Positions 28,716 through 41,970 of a stretch of 48,936 bases of DNA are shown here, in pieces (position 1 is the stretch's first letter; each line of letters starts with the position of its first letter). Location: positions 109,370,001 to 109,418,936 of the forward strand of contig CM052817.1 in the NCBI GenBank assembly GCA_028534125.1, read 5' to 3'. Made by a program: the position numbers and the translations under genes. This DNA is from Lama glama (lineage: Eukaryota). The notes beneath the pieces were generated by a model. It saw only the letters and a program-made list of their open reading frames with translations. It did not search any database and was not told the origin of the DNA.

Positions 28716-29820
28716 CCATTGTGAGCCAGGCCACAAAACACAGTCACATGAGAATGAACACACTTTGTCGCTCCCATCTGATTTGGCATCGGGATCAGCC
28801 CTTTTCCCCATGGAATGGTCCACGCCCAGGTCTCTGACGATGGAGCTGGTCTCACAGCAGCCCTGTGAGCGCTGGTCCAGCCCAAGGGGGTTCCTGTGTG
28901 AAGTTTCCCAGGACTGCAGGCTGTTCTCAGAACTGAGTCCCCACTAGGCTAAGCCCACGGAGCTCATCTCAGCTCCAGACTGAGCCGGAAGCCTCAGAGA
29001 GAACTCAGAGCTGAGGAAATCCACAGGTTTTACCCAGCACTGCCGAGTCAGCAGTGAGCCAGTTGAGGGAAGGATCAGCAACAGCAAGACACACCTGAGC
29101 TGCCATCTCATTGTTCCTCCTCATTCCTAAACCCTCTGTGTCTGCCTGTCTGTGTCTGTCTCCCTTTCAGGACCAGCCTGGCACCGCTTCATGCCCTGCC
29201 TCCTTTCTTCTAATCTTGCCTCCCTGGCCTGTTCCATCTACTCCAGATTAACTGAGAAACTTTGAAGAGTTTTTAAAACCTAGGAACAACAGACGTGCTA
29301 GATACAAGAATACAGGGCAGTGCCTTCCTCAGCCACATCCCTCCTGCCCTTTCCCATTCCCACAATGAGTTTTATAAATATTTTGTCAGAGAGACACTGC
29401 ACTCCCAGTTGTTATCATTATCAGCCATTTCCTTATCTGTGGTTTACGATGCATTTGCTCCTGGGAAGTTCCCGAGATGAGGCAGGAGCAGATGACTGAG
29501 CCACTTGTTGATGTCCACTTGTGTCAAGCCTGTTAAGAATGTCTTTGGTGGGATTTGTTGAATGTGCCAGACTGTCCAGTGAGTGGTGATGATCCCCTGC
29601 ATCTGCTCCGGAGTCGGCCTCGTCCCCTCCTTTGCTCCGTTCTCATTTATCTCTCTTCAGCAGGTGAACCAGTGATCTGTACTTCTATGATATGTAAAAT
29701 ACTTCTTATTTCACGGTAGAATTTGGGGGCTGCTATGAGAACACATGTGTTTTAAGTGTGAATTGAGTCAGAGGTTTAAACTTAAAGCCCCCTTGATTTA
29801 GAATCAGAAATTAATATGAT

Positions 29821-29966
29821 GGAGGGAGGGTATAGCTCAGTGGTAGAGTGCATGTCTAGCATGCATGAGGTCCTGGGTTCAATCCCCAATGCCTCCATTT
29901 AAAAAACAAATAAACCTTATTATGCCCCCTCCAAAAAAAAAAAACAAAAAAATTTTTTAAAAAGAA
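29821..29966 (+). mobile_element. Camelid tRNA-derived SINE (Vic-1/VicSINE-like) with TSD
   Basis: gggtatagctcagtggtagag (A box), gggttcaatccc (B box) and an A-rich tail. TSD agaaattaatatga (29806-29819) / agaaactaatatga (29967-29980). Confidence 0.93.
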
Positions 29967-30036
29967 AGAAACTAATATGAGGATGAAGATACAGAGTGAT
30001 ATGTGTCTTCTGAAACTAGCTTCTGTCTTTCTGCAG

Positions 30037-30171
30037 GAAATTCTACGGAGAGAAGGTCGGGATCTACTTTGCTTGGCTGGGCTATTACACTCAGACGCTC
30101 CTCCCGGCAGCAGTCGTGGGGGTGGCTTGCTTTCTCTATGGATATTTTAATCAAAATAACTGTACCTGGAG
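30037..30171 (+). CDS. ANO6: ANO6 exon 8 equivalent (TM1 region), 135 nt, frame open; part of the ANO6-like pseudogene
   Basis: ctttctgcag|GAAATTC...ACCTGGAG|gtaact. Translates (R)KFYGEKVGIYFAWLGYYTQTLLPAAVVGVACFLYGYFNQNNCTW(S) versus human RKYYGEKIGIYFAWLGYYTQMLLLAAVVGVACFLYGYLNQDNCTWS. Confidence 0.93.
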
Positions 30172-31496
30172 GTAACTTCTCTTTATTCCTTGTTAACGTG
30201 CTGTAAAATTGATTAGACATAAAGTGATTTTCAGGATCTCCGACTGGTTTAGTAAAAGACTCATTGTGGAGCACTTTCTGCTTTGGATGATACATCCCTT
30301 TTGTCCTGAGGATAATAACTAAGTGAAATGGAAAAAAATTTTTCTTAGATAATGCAGCCCAGCCTCTGACAGGAATATTACCCTTAGGAAACACTCTACT
30401 ATCTTAAGACAAGGCTTTGTTTGAAAAAGAAAGGAGGTCTCAAGGGAGGCTTATCCTTGAACTTGTGGCCCCCAGAGGAATGCTTCACTCAGCCCTACAG
30501 ATGTGGGCCAAGAGCAGCCCTGATTTCTTCAGGGTTTCAATGGCAAAACTGGTAAAACTGGTGCTTTTCTGTGTTTAGAAATGACTTCTTAATATATATG
30601 GGAAATACATGTTCAAAAACTCAAATGAACAGTAGTTTGTTACTGTTTTTCTTTAAAAAAAAAAAGCAGCCGTTACAGTGTTAGGAAGGCAAAAAAGTGA
30701 TTAAGAATTAGTTTGTGCTTGATGTCAGAATTAAAACACCAGCTGCACTGTCTGAAGGGAAATACGTGTGTGCCAGAACCCTGAATTTCACCACCACTGC
30801 TCTGAATTGTGTGATTAGTCCTTTGCTTTTGGTGGTCCCAACCTCCAGAGGGGTGCAGCACCGAACCAGGCATTTCCTCTTGTTCATCTGGCCTCTGTCC
30901 AGGTGTGATGGCCGGATCCACATTTCTGGGCACCAGCGATGAGCTGCTGAGCAGATTTCCCTAGCCCTGAGCCTATCGGCCTGGCTCCACAGGCAGAAGC
31001 GTACATGGCAGCTCTGATGTATAGGCATCATTATCCATTCTGTTTAACAGGTTTTTGAGGGTGTGTGCCCAGCATGGCTTCTTAGCTAGAATGCTGCAGA
31101 TGATCTTGGAAGTACTCGCCTCTCTTCACCAAAAAAGAGTTTAGGGCCAAAGGCTGAATGTTGATGTCTTTGTCTAAATTTGTCTTTGGCTTCTCCATTG
31201 TTTTGCATATTGCTCCAACCAGAAAAAGGCACCTCAAATACAGTGGCAAAGTGAAAATGTAGTAGTTTTATAAGGTTCTTGCATGGTAGTTGTTCTCATA
31301 ATTCATTTTAGGAAATGACAGTCACACCACAAATGTCCTACTCTTTGACACAGATTAATTTACAGAAAATGTAGAGGGCAGAGGTAGGGGGTTTCTTGGG
31401 GATAATCTCCCTGTGCTCAAAATTATGTGGGCTCTGTTTATTTAATATTTAAATAATATTGACATATTTAAAATATATGCATTTTAAATACTTTTT

Positions 31497-31582
31497 CCAT
31501 CTTTTTTTCATGGAGGTACTGGGGATTGAACCCAGGACCTTGTGCATGCTAAGTGTACACTCTACTGCTGAGCTCTACCCCC
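31497..31582 (-). mobile_element. Camelid tRNA-derived SINE, short-tail copy
   Basis: atggaggtactggggattgaacccaggaccttgtgcatgctaag...ctgagctctacccc, flanked by taaatacttt / taaatatttt. Confidence 0.9.
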
Positions 31583-31589
31583 TAAATAT

Positions 31590-31930
31590 TTTCAGTTAAT
31601 TTTACTCCATACTGAGTAGATTCACAAGAGTAGAAAATGTATTTAAGCTATAAGGAATAATGATCCATCTCCCAGTTTAAGAAAAAGAACATAACTGTTA
31701 CCCACGAAGTGCTTTGTTCAGTTTCATCCCCTCACTTTCCACTCCGGAAGTAACCACTACACTAAATACTGATTTTTATCATTCCTTAACATTCACTGTA
31801 TTTTTTTCACATATACTTGTATCCCTACAGAATATGACTAACTTTGTGTATGCTTTTGAAAATATGTTTGCATAAGCAGAGGATACCAGAGGTATTTCCT
31901 CTTTTATAAAAGGCCTGTTTAAAGCTTATG
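31590..31930 (-). mobile_element. Old L1ME-like 3' fragment, probably continuing at about 37150-37440
   Basis: cccagtttaagaaaaagaacat...gaagtaaccactac...ttatcattcc; the downstream part has ttttcttattaatttgtagg...agtcctttgtca. Confidence 0.5.
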
Positions 31931-31936
31931 CGTCCT

Positions 31937-34872
31937 TCAAGAATAACAGCTTTATGGTGATATAATTCACATACCATAAAATGCAGCCTTTGAAAGTGTA
32001 CATTAGGGATTTTAAGTACATTCCAGGTTTGTGCAGCCATCACCCCTAAAAGGAACCAGTACCCTTTAGTAAGTCACTCCCTAACCTTCCTTTCCCTTAG
32101 CCCCTGGCAGCTGCCACTCTGCTTTCTGCCTCTACAGATTTGCCTGCTCTGGGCATTTCTTATGAGTAGAACTGTACAGTATGTGGCCTTTTGTCATTGT
32201 CGTCTTTCATTTGGTGTGACGTTGTCAAGGCTCATCCATGGTGTAGCATATATCAGTACCCCGTTCCTTTTTGTGTTCAAATAATATGCCATTGTTATAA
32301 ATACACCACATTGCTTATCCATCCATCAATTGACATTTGGATTGTTCCCACTTTTTAGCTATGAGGACTAATTCTGCTACAAATGCTCATGGGCACATTT
32401 TTGTGCAAACAGATATTTTCCGTTTCCTTGAGATTATATCAAAAAATGGAATTGCTGGGATATATTCTACTTTTAACATTTTGAGGAATTGCTAAAGTAT
32501 CTTTTAAAGTGACTGTACATTTTACATTTCCAGTAGTAATGTATGAGGAGTCAAGTTTCTCCACATCCTCATCAACACTTGTTATTACCGGGTTTATAGA
32601 TACATATTTATATATTCATATATATATTTGTCATCCTAGTTGGTATGAAGCTGGCATGTCATTGTGCTTTTGATTTCTGTTTCCCTAATGCCTACTGATG
32701 TTGAGCATCTTTTCATGGGCTTGTTTGCCATTCATATGTCTTCTTTGGGGAAACAGCTATTCAAATTCTTTGCCCATTTTAATTGTATTTGTCTTTCTAT
32801 TGTCACGTTTTAAGTGTTCTTTGTGTATTCTGGATAAAAGCCCCTTATCAGGGAAAATATTGGAAATATTTCTGCCCATTCTGTGGATTGTCTTCTTACT
32901 TTCTTGATGATGTCCTTTGAAGCATGGAAGTTTTCAATTTTACTGAATTCCAGTTTACTTGATTTTTTTTTCTTTTGTTGTTTGTGCTTTTGGTGTCATA
33001 TCTTAGAAGCATTTGTAATACAAAGTCCTGAAGATTTTCTCAGTGTTCATTTTCTAAAAGGTTTATAGTTTCAGGTCTGTGATTTATTTTGTTAATTTTC
33101 GTAAATGGTGTAAGATAAAGGTTCAGTTTTCTTTCTTTCCAGGTGTATGTTCAGGTGTCCCAGCATCATTTTTGTAAAGATTATTTTTTCCCCATTAGAT
33201 TGTCTTGGCACCTTTGTCAAAAATTAACTGGCTACGTGTAAGAGTTTGTTTATGGACTCTCAGTTCTTTTCTCTCAATCTGTTTGTCTGTCCTTTATGCA
33301 AGTACCACACTGTGTGGATTGCAGTTTTGTTAGTGAGTTTTGAATTTGGAAACTTCAAAACTTTGTTCTTTTTCAAGATTGCTTTGACTATTCTGGGTAT
33401 CTTGCATTTCCTTATTAATTTTAGGATCAGCTTGTTCATTTCTGCAAAAAAGCCAGAGTTGCTTTGAATCTATAGGTCATTTTGAGGATGATTGCCATCC
33501 TAACAGTAATAAGGCTTTTGATCCTTGGACACAGAAGAGCTTTCCATTTATTTTAGGTCATTTTTAACTTCTATCAGTAGTATTTTATAGTTTTCAGTAT
33601 AGAAGTTTCACTCATTTTATTTTTAGATTATTCACTGCTGTTGTATAGAAATATAATTACTTTTTTATATATTGATTTGTGTCTTACAACTTTGGTTGGA
33701 CTGGCTTATTAATTCTAGTAGGTTTTTTTTTTTGGTGGATTCCTTGTGATTTCAATATACAATATCATGTCATCTGGAATAGAAATAGTTTTATTTCTTT
33801 CTTTCTAATCTAGAGGCTTTATTTTCTTAGGTTGCCTTGACTAGAACCTCTAGTACAATGTTGATCTTGGGAGGAAAGAATTCAGTCTTTAACCATTAAG
33901 TGTGATCTTTGCTCTAGGTTTTTCATAGATGTTCTTTGTCAAGTTGAGCAAGTTCTCTTCTATTCCTAGTTTTTATTCATTATTCTATTAATATGGCGTA
34001 TTGTATGAATTGATTTTTGTATGTTGAACTGCCTTTGCATACCTGGATACATCCCACTTGATTGTGGTCTGTTTTACGTGTTACTGGATTGGATTTGCTT
34101 GTATTCTGTTGAGGATTTTTGCATTTATATTCATAAGAGATAGTCTGTAGTTTTCTTATGATGCCTTTGTCTGGTTTTGGTATCAGTGTAATCCTGGTCT
34201 CATAGAATGAATTGGGAATTGTGCCCACCTCTTTATTTCTAGATGAGTTCGTGAAGCTTTTTTTTTTTTCCTTGAAGTAGTTGATGGAATTCACCGGCAA
34301 AGCCATACGGGCCTAGCATTTCCCTGTGGGAACATTTTGGATTACTATTTCAGTCACTACTTATTGTAGGACTATTTTCTATTTCTCCTTGAATTAGCTT
34401 CAGTCATTTATGTCCTTCTAGGAATTTATCCATTTCATCTAGATTATCTCATTTATTGGCTATATAATTATCCATGGTATTCCCTTATATTCCTTGTTAT
34501 TTTTGTAAGGGCAGTAGTGACATCCTTCCTTTCATTTCTGATTTTAGTAATTTGAATCTTCTCTCTTTTTTTCTTCAATACTAGCTAAAAATTTCTCAAT
34601 TTTGTTGATCTTTTCAAAGAACCAACTTTTCTTTTTGTTGATTTTTCTCTGTTGATCATCTATTCTCTATTCCATTTATTTCTGCCTTTTGTATTTTGAT
34701 TGGAATGTTCAATTCATTTACATTAATGTAATTTCTTATCAGGTTGAAGTTACATCTGCTATCTGCTTTCTGTATGTCTTTTTAATTCCCATTCCTCTAG
34801 TACTACTTTTTTTTTTTTGTACAAAGTAGGTATTTTCTAGTGTGCCATTTTAATTTGTTGCTTATTTTACCT

Positions 34873-34904
<32 letters not shown>

Positions 34905-37150
34905 TTTTTGTGTGTTTTCTTAAGTAGTTGCCCTGGAGATTATAATTAACATCTTATTTTAAAGCAATCTAGTTCACATGAATGCCAACTTAATTTCAAC
35001 AGTACACAAAAACTTTGCTTTGGTATCAATCTTTTCCCTCCCCCTCTTCATGCTGTCACTGTCATACAAATTACACCTTTATGCATTTATAAGCCCATCT
35101 ACACAGTTTCATAAGTATTGTTTTATGCAGTTGTCTTGTACATCAAATAGAAGAAAACACTTACATGTAATATTCTATTTATACTGTTTTATATTTTTAC
35201 TCATGTAGTTACCGCTACTAGCACTCTTTATTTTCTCAGGTGAGTGGCCTTTCACCTACACCTGCTGGACTATCCTTAGTATTTCTTGTAGGGCAGGCCT
35301 GCTAGCAATGGGTTCTTTCAGATTTTGTTTTTGTAGGAGTGTCTTAATTTCTCCTTTGGTTTTTTTGAAGAACCATTTTGCTGGATATAGAATATGGGGT
35401 GACCGTCTTTTCCTTTTATCACTTTGACGATACCATCCCACTGCCTTCTGGTCTCCATGGTTTTTGACCAGAAATCAGCTGTTTGTCTTACTGAAAAGCC
35501 TTTGTATATGTTGAGCCACTTTTCTCTTCCTGCTGTCAGGGTTCTTTGTTCTTGTCTTTGACACACTGAGTCTGAAGTGCCTATTCTAGATGTCTATGCG
35601 TTTACACCACATGGAGTTTGTTGAGCTGCTGGGAGGTACAAATTAATGTTTTCATCAAATTTGGGAAGTTTTCAGCCATTATTTCTTTATATATTCTTTC
35701 TGCCCCTTTTGTTCTCTCCTTCCTTCTGGCACTCCCATTGTGTGTGTATTGGTATTGTTGATGATGTCCCACCCATCTCTATGACACTGTGTTGATTTTT
35801 TTTTCATTCCTTTTTCTTTCTGTTCCACAGACTGGATAATCTCATTAGTTTTAAGTTAGCTGACTTTTTCTTCAACCAGTTCATATCAACAGAGAAACCT
35901 CTTTAGTGAATTTTTCATTTTAGTTATCATATTTGTATCTCTAGAATTTCTAGTTGGTTTTTTATATAAACTTTATCTATTGATATTCTCTGTACAATGA
36001 GATGTTCACATACTTTAATCCTTTAGGCATGGTTTCTGTTAGCTCTTTGAACATATGTGTAATTGCTTATTTGTCTTTGTCTAGTAAGCCCAGTTTCTGG
36101 GGTTCCTCAGGGAGTTTCTATTGACTACTTTTTCCCCTGTGTTATGGCCAAACTTTTCTGTTTCTTTATATATCTTGTAATTTTCTGTTGAAAACTTGGC
36201 ATTTAAAATATTACAGTGTGGCAGAGCTGAAAGCCAGATTTTCCTCATCTCCAGGGTTTGTTGCTGCTTCTGTTGTCATTGCTGCTGCTGCTGCTGCTAT
36301 TTATTTACTTTCCTGAACAAATTCTGTAACATCTGTATTCTTTATCATGCATGGCCATGAGATCTCTATGTGTGCAGAAAGCCTAGTTATCATCTCTGTG
36401 ATTATGATTGGACAGTGATTTCTTTCAGTGCCTGGAGCCAATCATTTTATGAGCTGTTGCCAGGTGGCTGTGTGTCTGCGTGCTGAGGGATGCCCTCAGC
36501 ACCGGCAGGCAGTCTGCAGCTCTTCATAGCCTTTACTTCTTGATTATGCAGAACTTTAAGGCTTTTCTCAGATCTTTCCTTGCCATGTGCCACACATGTG
36601 TATGGTCTCCTACAGTTCTCAGAATATTTTGGAGCTTTTTAACCCTACCTCCACCTCCAGAATGTCTCATTACTCAGTTTTGCCTTCTAAGTTTTTTAGT
36701 CAGCATCTAGTTAGTCTCTACTGGTACCACTGCCTCAGGCAGTTGTAATGTTAAATAATTACTGCTGATTGTTTTCCACAAGCACTCTGGGATAGGCTGT
36801 TTGCACAGCCTGAGTTTGAGATAGGTCAAAGAGTGACAGGTCTCTGGGGGTGGGTTTTTTGGGTAACTGCAAACCACTTCTGCCCCTACCTTGATTGTGA
36901 GACTGTTGCTTTTAAAGGACACCATTTAGGTGAGGTTATGGGGATGGGGGTAGATCAAGTTATAATGCCACAAAGCTCACTATATTTATGGAGATTTAGC
37001 TGTTATTTCTCAAATAAACACTCCCCGGATTGCTGGAAGCCTTTGTTTAATTTCCAGAGTTCTGCAGAGGTTAATTTTGACAGATTTGCCAGTGTCATTG
37101 CTTTATAGAGGAGCAAGTTCTCCAAGATGTTTACTCAGATATTCTAGAAG
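31937..37150 (-). mobile_element. Near full-length, internally deleted L1MB-type LINE (3' UTR, ORF2 RT, ORF1 and 5' region)
   Basis: 3' end aacagctttatggtgatataattcacatacc. ORF2 remnant IPNSFYETRITLIPKPDK (33980-34306). ORF1 remnants TADFWSKTMETRRQW and ILYPAK...RPALQEIL (35256-35566). Confidence 0.9.
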
Positions 37151-38514
37151 TATATCCCATGTGCATTTGTTTTTAACTGAGTTACTTGCAAGACTAACTA
37201 ATTCTACAGCTCCAGCCCCATTCACATAAGAGTCCATCTGCATGGCTTCTCCTACAGGGAGCAGTGTGCAACCTGTTGTCAGTTTGTTGTTTTTCTTATT
37301 AATTTGTAGGCGTTTTTAAAAATACGCTTGTGAAGAGTCCTTTGTCATTTTTACATGTTAAAAAACTTCCACTAGTCTGTGGCTATTTTTTTCCCCTGTT
37401 CATTGCTCTAATGAAGTTCTCACTTTAAAGGATTTTCAGTATATCAGTATGTGGCTGCCGTTCACATGGGTGAGACATTTAACTACTGTCTAAACCTCAG
37501 TCTTTGCTCTGATTCACTGTCTAGAACATCTGAACACATCTACTGATCCCCATATACCAATGGATGCTGACAGTCCTAATTAAAAAAATACATTTTAAGT
37601 AAAGCAAAAAATATTCAATTTGACACTGGAAAAGACAGAGCTCAGATTTCCTAGCTGATCTTGCTTTCTGTGATCATTAGCTACATCATGTTTATAGAGC
37701 TGACAGGCATCTTGAGCTACTGATTTTATTTCATCAGGTTTTAGAATGCAGCACACATTTCAGCACCGCTCATAGCACCATATGTGTATCTTTAAGGATA
37801 TGTACATATGATGACGGCTTTATTTTAAGTACCTTATATAGCTTTTCTTGTTACCTCTGCCTTATGAGAACTACTGCTGTGAACCTCATTAAGGAAAGCC
37901 TGGAACTGCAGAACTGAAATTTTTCTTACCACCATCATCCCGTAGCATGTTTTTTGCACTTAGATGTTATGTGGCAGAGTATTTTTCTGCTCCCTAGAAA
38001 TGATCAATGTTGAAGGGAAAAAAAACCTCTTCTAATAAATATAGTTCAAATAACACACTGATCTTTTAGTCCACACCAGTCCATCTACTCATACTGACCC
38101 AGAGCCCTCAACACCGACAACCCACCGCTGAAGTCAGGGTTCTCAGCACACGTTCTCTCCCCTCCCCATTCCTTGTTGTTTCTGACCTACTTCTGTCCAG
38201 TGCATCCTGCCAGCCTATTTGCTGCCTGACTGCAGTTTTTAATTTTTACCTTTGAGTTCCAGGCTGGGCCTAGTGATTTCCAGAGAAACGCCAGACACCT
38301 GGCTCATCAGGAGGGGCGGGGAGGATTTCAGGAAGCTGTTACCCTAACTGACTTGCAGATCAGTGAGTGGCTGTTGTGACTATTCCTTCTATATCTCTGC
38401 CATGCTGGCTGCATCCACCCCAGCAAAATAACGTAGCTCCTCCAATCACCTCTGCCTCCATTCATCTGGATTTCTGCTTTCAATGGCACTCAGAAGCTGC
38501 TGATGGGCATTTTT

Positions 38515-38756
38515 AAAAAATGTATTTTCTTCTTTTATTAACTGAAGTATAGTCAGTTACAATGTGTCAATTTCTGAAGTACAGCACAATGTTCCATTCA
38601 TACATATACATGTATATATGTATGACTTCATTTTCATATTCTTTTTCATTAAATGTTATTACAAGATATTAAATATATTTCCCTGTTCTATATAGAAGAA
38701 ATTTAGTTTTTTAGCTATTTTTATATATAGTAGTTAATAATTGCAAATCTCAAACT
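38515..38756 (-). mobile_element. Young lineage-specific L1 3' fragment with a perfect TSD
   Basis: tgaagtatagtcagttacaatgtgtcaatttctg...gttattacaagatatt; ctgatgggcattttt occurs at both 38500-38514 and 38757-38771. Confidence 0.92.
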
Positions 38757-40825
38757 CTGATGGGCATTTTTAAAGCCACGTCTGAAAACCTTGCTGCAGG
38801 AGAGTCTGAGAAATGTATTTTCAACCTCATAGCCTTTTGGTTAGGAAGCTGGAATAAAGGCTGAGCTGGCTCACCTACCTTGTCTGCCTTTGTGAGTAAA
38901 GAGGTCTGGAGTTTCAAGGCCCAATGAAATGTCCCAGCCCTTCAGCACCAAACTCTTAAGGCAACCAGAATGCTCCCATCTACCAGAGCATGCCTTGTCC
39001 ATAGACACTGCTGGACAACCACCAACACTGTCCGTAGGCGTTGTCTTCATCTGGTGCGTACTTTCTTTACATGTCAAATATCCTGATTAAGAGGACAAGC
39101 AGGTTTGGGTTCCCAAGGTCACAGGCAGCCTTCTGCCTGCCTTTGGTGTATATGTTCATAGAAGCGTCCTCTTTCTCTCAGATCAGCTAGAGCTGCCCGG
39201 TGTGTGGTTTGCCAGAGTATGTGGGTGCAGTGCTCCCCACCGGAGTCCTACCAGTTGTTTTATTGCAGGAAGAGAGAGAGCAAAAGGGACAGAACAGAAA
39301 ATTCTTGTCCAGCCTCACAGTCACCCCCGCCCAGGGCTCTTGCTCTGGGACACACAGCAGTACAGGGCAGCAGCGATGTGGCCCCGGTGTACTCCAAAAC
39401 ATGGTGTGGTTGTACTGGGCTATCTGTGTATTTCATGGACCCTGCAACATACTCAGCTTTGTGAAATGGGGAACTAAGGAACTCCCACCCATGCCTGTAG
39501 CTCCCAGGGTCTGCACCCTTACGGGTATTGAGGATTTGCTGGCAACTCATTCTCTTTCACCAGGTCATTTCTCACTTACACAGCAGTCCTGTGACTTCCT
39601 TATCAGAACTGCTTCTTAAGTTCGGGATTTAGTGAAAGATGCCGTTTTACCCTGTATGTCCAAGTTCAGGGAGGAGGAGGAAGAGAGCACAGACCAGAAT
39701 TGCTGTTTTTCTTTTTTTGTTTTCATAAGCCGTCTCCTGTTGCTGAACAGACCCTGAGCAAATGAATGGCTGTTACACTCCCATTTGAAGGATGAGGAAA
39801 ATAACACTCAGGGAGAGGAGGCAAATTGCCTGAGGCTCCAAAGACAAAAAGGGGTGAGCACAGAATAAGAGCCCTGCAAATTTCTTGGCTGTCATCAACC
39901 TTTAGGTCAGTGACAGAGTGCCGTGTGTAGTAGTAAAGTTGTAGCGTGCTTTTAGAAGAGTGCGGACGTACTTGTTTTTGTTGACAGAACTGCACTGTTT
40001 TGTCTGGGACTCTGAAAAATAGAAATGGGTTAGAAAACATTGGTTTCTCATCCTTGGTCCTTCCTTCCCCTCACAGATATGGACCCTTCCGTCTGTAGCA
40101 GGAATAAGACAGCCCCAGCCTTCCTGCCTCATGAGGTCAGTCCTCATTCGTTTCATCCCTGCCCACCTGTAAGTGCTAAAGCTCAGCACGATTTTCATGT
40201 CCTGCATCACAGATTCTTGTGCAATTAGGTGTTTGAAGGTAGAAACTCATGAAAGGAAGCTGCTTTTTAATATAAAGTGCAGTAATTTTCTTAGCAGAGA
40301 AGTAAATTGAGGATTTTCTTTGTTGAAAATCAATACAGATTTCAAGAACATCTGTATTCCTAATGCCTAGATTAAGATGACAAAATCTAGAGGTATTACA
40401 GAAACACAAGGAAGATACCCGAAGTGTCTTTAAAGAGCTTTTCCCAGGCTGGGCTTGTAAAGAGACTGTTAATTGACAGAGACCCTCTTCTCACCCATAG
40501 TCCCTCTCCTTAGGTTGGAAAGGGCCAGCGTTTCCCCTGTGTGCAGTCCTGGTGCTTCAAGTGAGTTCTAGGGTAGGGCGGTGCACATGGTGCTGCCTTC
40601 AGTTTGTCCATCCTAATTAAACCCTGGCAGTAAAAGGGCGAGTGTTGTGCAACGACATGAACCAGCCGTCTTCACCACTTGTCATCTTCATCACTGGGGA
40701 GTGTTGAGTTCATGTTCCTCACAGCCCGTCCGAGGCTCCCTGCGTCTCCGGCTGCCCCTGGTGGGGTCTGCAGGGCTCTGGGCAGCTTCTCCTTGATCTC
40801 TACCCAAAGGCTCTCTGCTCTTTAC

Positions 40826-41123
40826 AAGTTGATTCTCAACCCTGACTGCTCAGTAGAGCTAATGTCTAAAAACAAAAAAAAAAGGTGGGGAGGGTCCGAC
40901 TCAGTGGTAGAGCACGTGCTTAGCATGCAAGAGGTCCTGGGTTCAATTCCCAGTACCACCATTAAAATAAATAAAGCTAATTAACCCCCAACAAAAAAGA
41001 GAAGTTTTTAAAAAACAAAAAACAGCACAAAGGCCCCACTCCAGGCCAGTAAATTCAGAACAGCGGGGGCGGTGCTGGGGCGCACTGTTTTTTAAAAGCT
41101 CCCATATGCTTCCCATGTGCAGG
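40826..41123. mobile_element. MER5-like hAT MITE interrupted by a SINE
   Basis: ttctcaaccctgactgc ... [SINE] ... aggccccactccag...ttttaaaagctccc...atgtgcag. Confidence 0.65.
40887..41009 (+). mobile_element. Camelid tRNA-derived SINE
   Basis: ctcagtggtagagcacgtgcttagcatgcaagaggtcctgggttcaattcccagtacc plus tail; flanked on both sides by aaaaacaaaaaa. Confidence 0.92.
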
Positions 41124-41129
41124 AGGGAG

Positions 41130-41970
41130 AGCTACCCCTCCACACCTCTTCTCGTGAGCTTGTCCGTCCACTCACGCCCCAGTTGACCTCTTGAAACAGG
41201 AGTATGTTTTCTCCCGATTTCTAGACTTTTATTTGCCTACTGGACATCTCTCCACAGGCACCCAATCTGAACTGAATCAGTTGTCTCCTCTCATGACTTG
41301 CCTGTCTTCCTGCCCTTCTTATTTCAGGGAATGGCACTATAATTTAGGACACTGCCAAAGCCAGAAAGCTGGCCGGCATCTTTGACCACTTCTTGCGCTT
41401 CCATCACACCTGTGCCCAATCTGTCCACCTGCTGAAATGCTGCCTTTTGTCTCCTCCCAGCTGGGCCTAGGCAGACCTCACCATGTACCTGCCAGTGGGT
41501 CTCCCTGCCTCTCTGTTGTCTTTCTAGACCACCTTGAATGTCTCCTCCACCCTGAAGGCACACAGAGCCCTTTGTGAAGTGCACCTGCGATCTCTCCACC
41601 TGGCTGCCTTACCCGCCTCCCACACCCTGTGCTCACTTCTAGACTATTTGCGGTTCCTGGAAGGGACCTGGCTCATTTTGGCCTCTCACCTTCGCATGTG
41701 CAGGTCCCCAGGGAGAAATGGCCTTAACATTCTACCTTCACCTGATCACCTCTAGGGCATCTCAGAACTCACCACAGTGGTCCCCTCCTCTGGGAGAGCC
41801 TTGGCTACAGTCTGGCTCTCTGTGCCCTGAGCACCCTCTGCTGACTCTTACCCAGGCTCTCTTAACACGCTTCTGCAGCCATCACTTGACAATGACTCCT
41901 GTGCACCTAGGAGCTCCTGCAAGCAGGGACTGTGTCTTTTTTCTCTGTATTCTCAGAGCATGGTAGAGAC
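41130..41970 (+). mobile_element. L2 fragment
   Basis: tgcctactggacatctctccac...aatggcacta...gagctcctgcaagcagggactgtgtc. Confidence 0.7.

Noticed and set aside
28165..28947. Long ORFs of 172-254 aa in all six frames
   Set aside because: Artefacts of translating the 500-N gap.
29821..29900. tRNA-like sequence with A and B boxes (also at 16278, 31497, 40887 and 42394)
   Set aside because: A-rich tails, TSDs and several dispersed diverged copies identify them as SINEs, not tRNA genes.
29972..30394. 140-aa minus-strand ORF and the 67-aa plus-strand ORF at 30003
   Set aside because: Antisense and off-frame shadows of the ANO6 exon; no independent similarity recognised.
33980..35566. Active reverse transcriptase or ORF1 genes, or a novel retro-system
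   Set aside because: Short frameshifted remnants of an ordinary ancient L1.
39187..39619. Overlapping ORFs and two TGTGGTT (RUNX-like) motifs
   Set aside because: No ANO6 exon 9 or 10 similarity; short motifs alone do not support an enhancer call.
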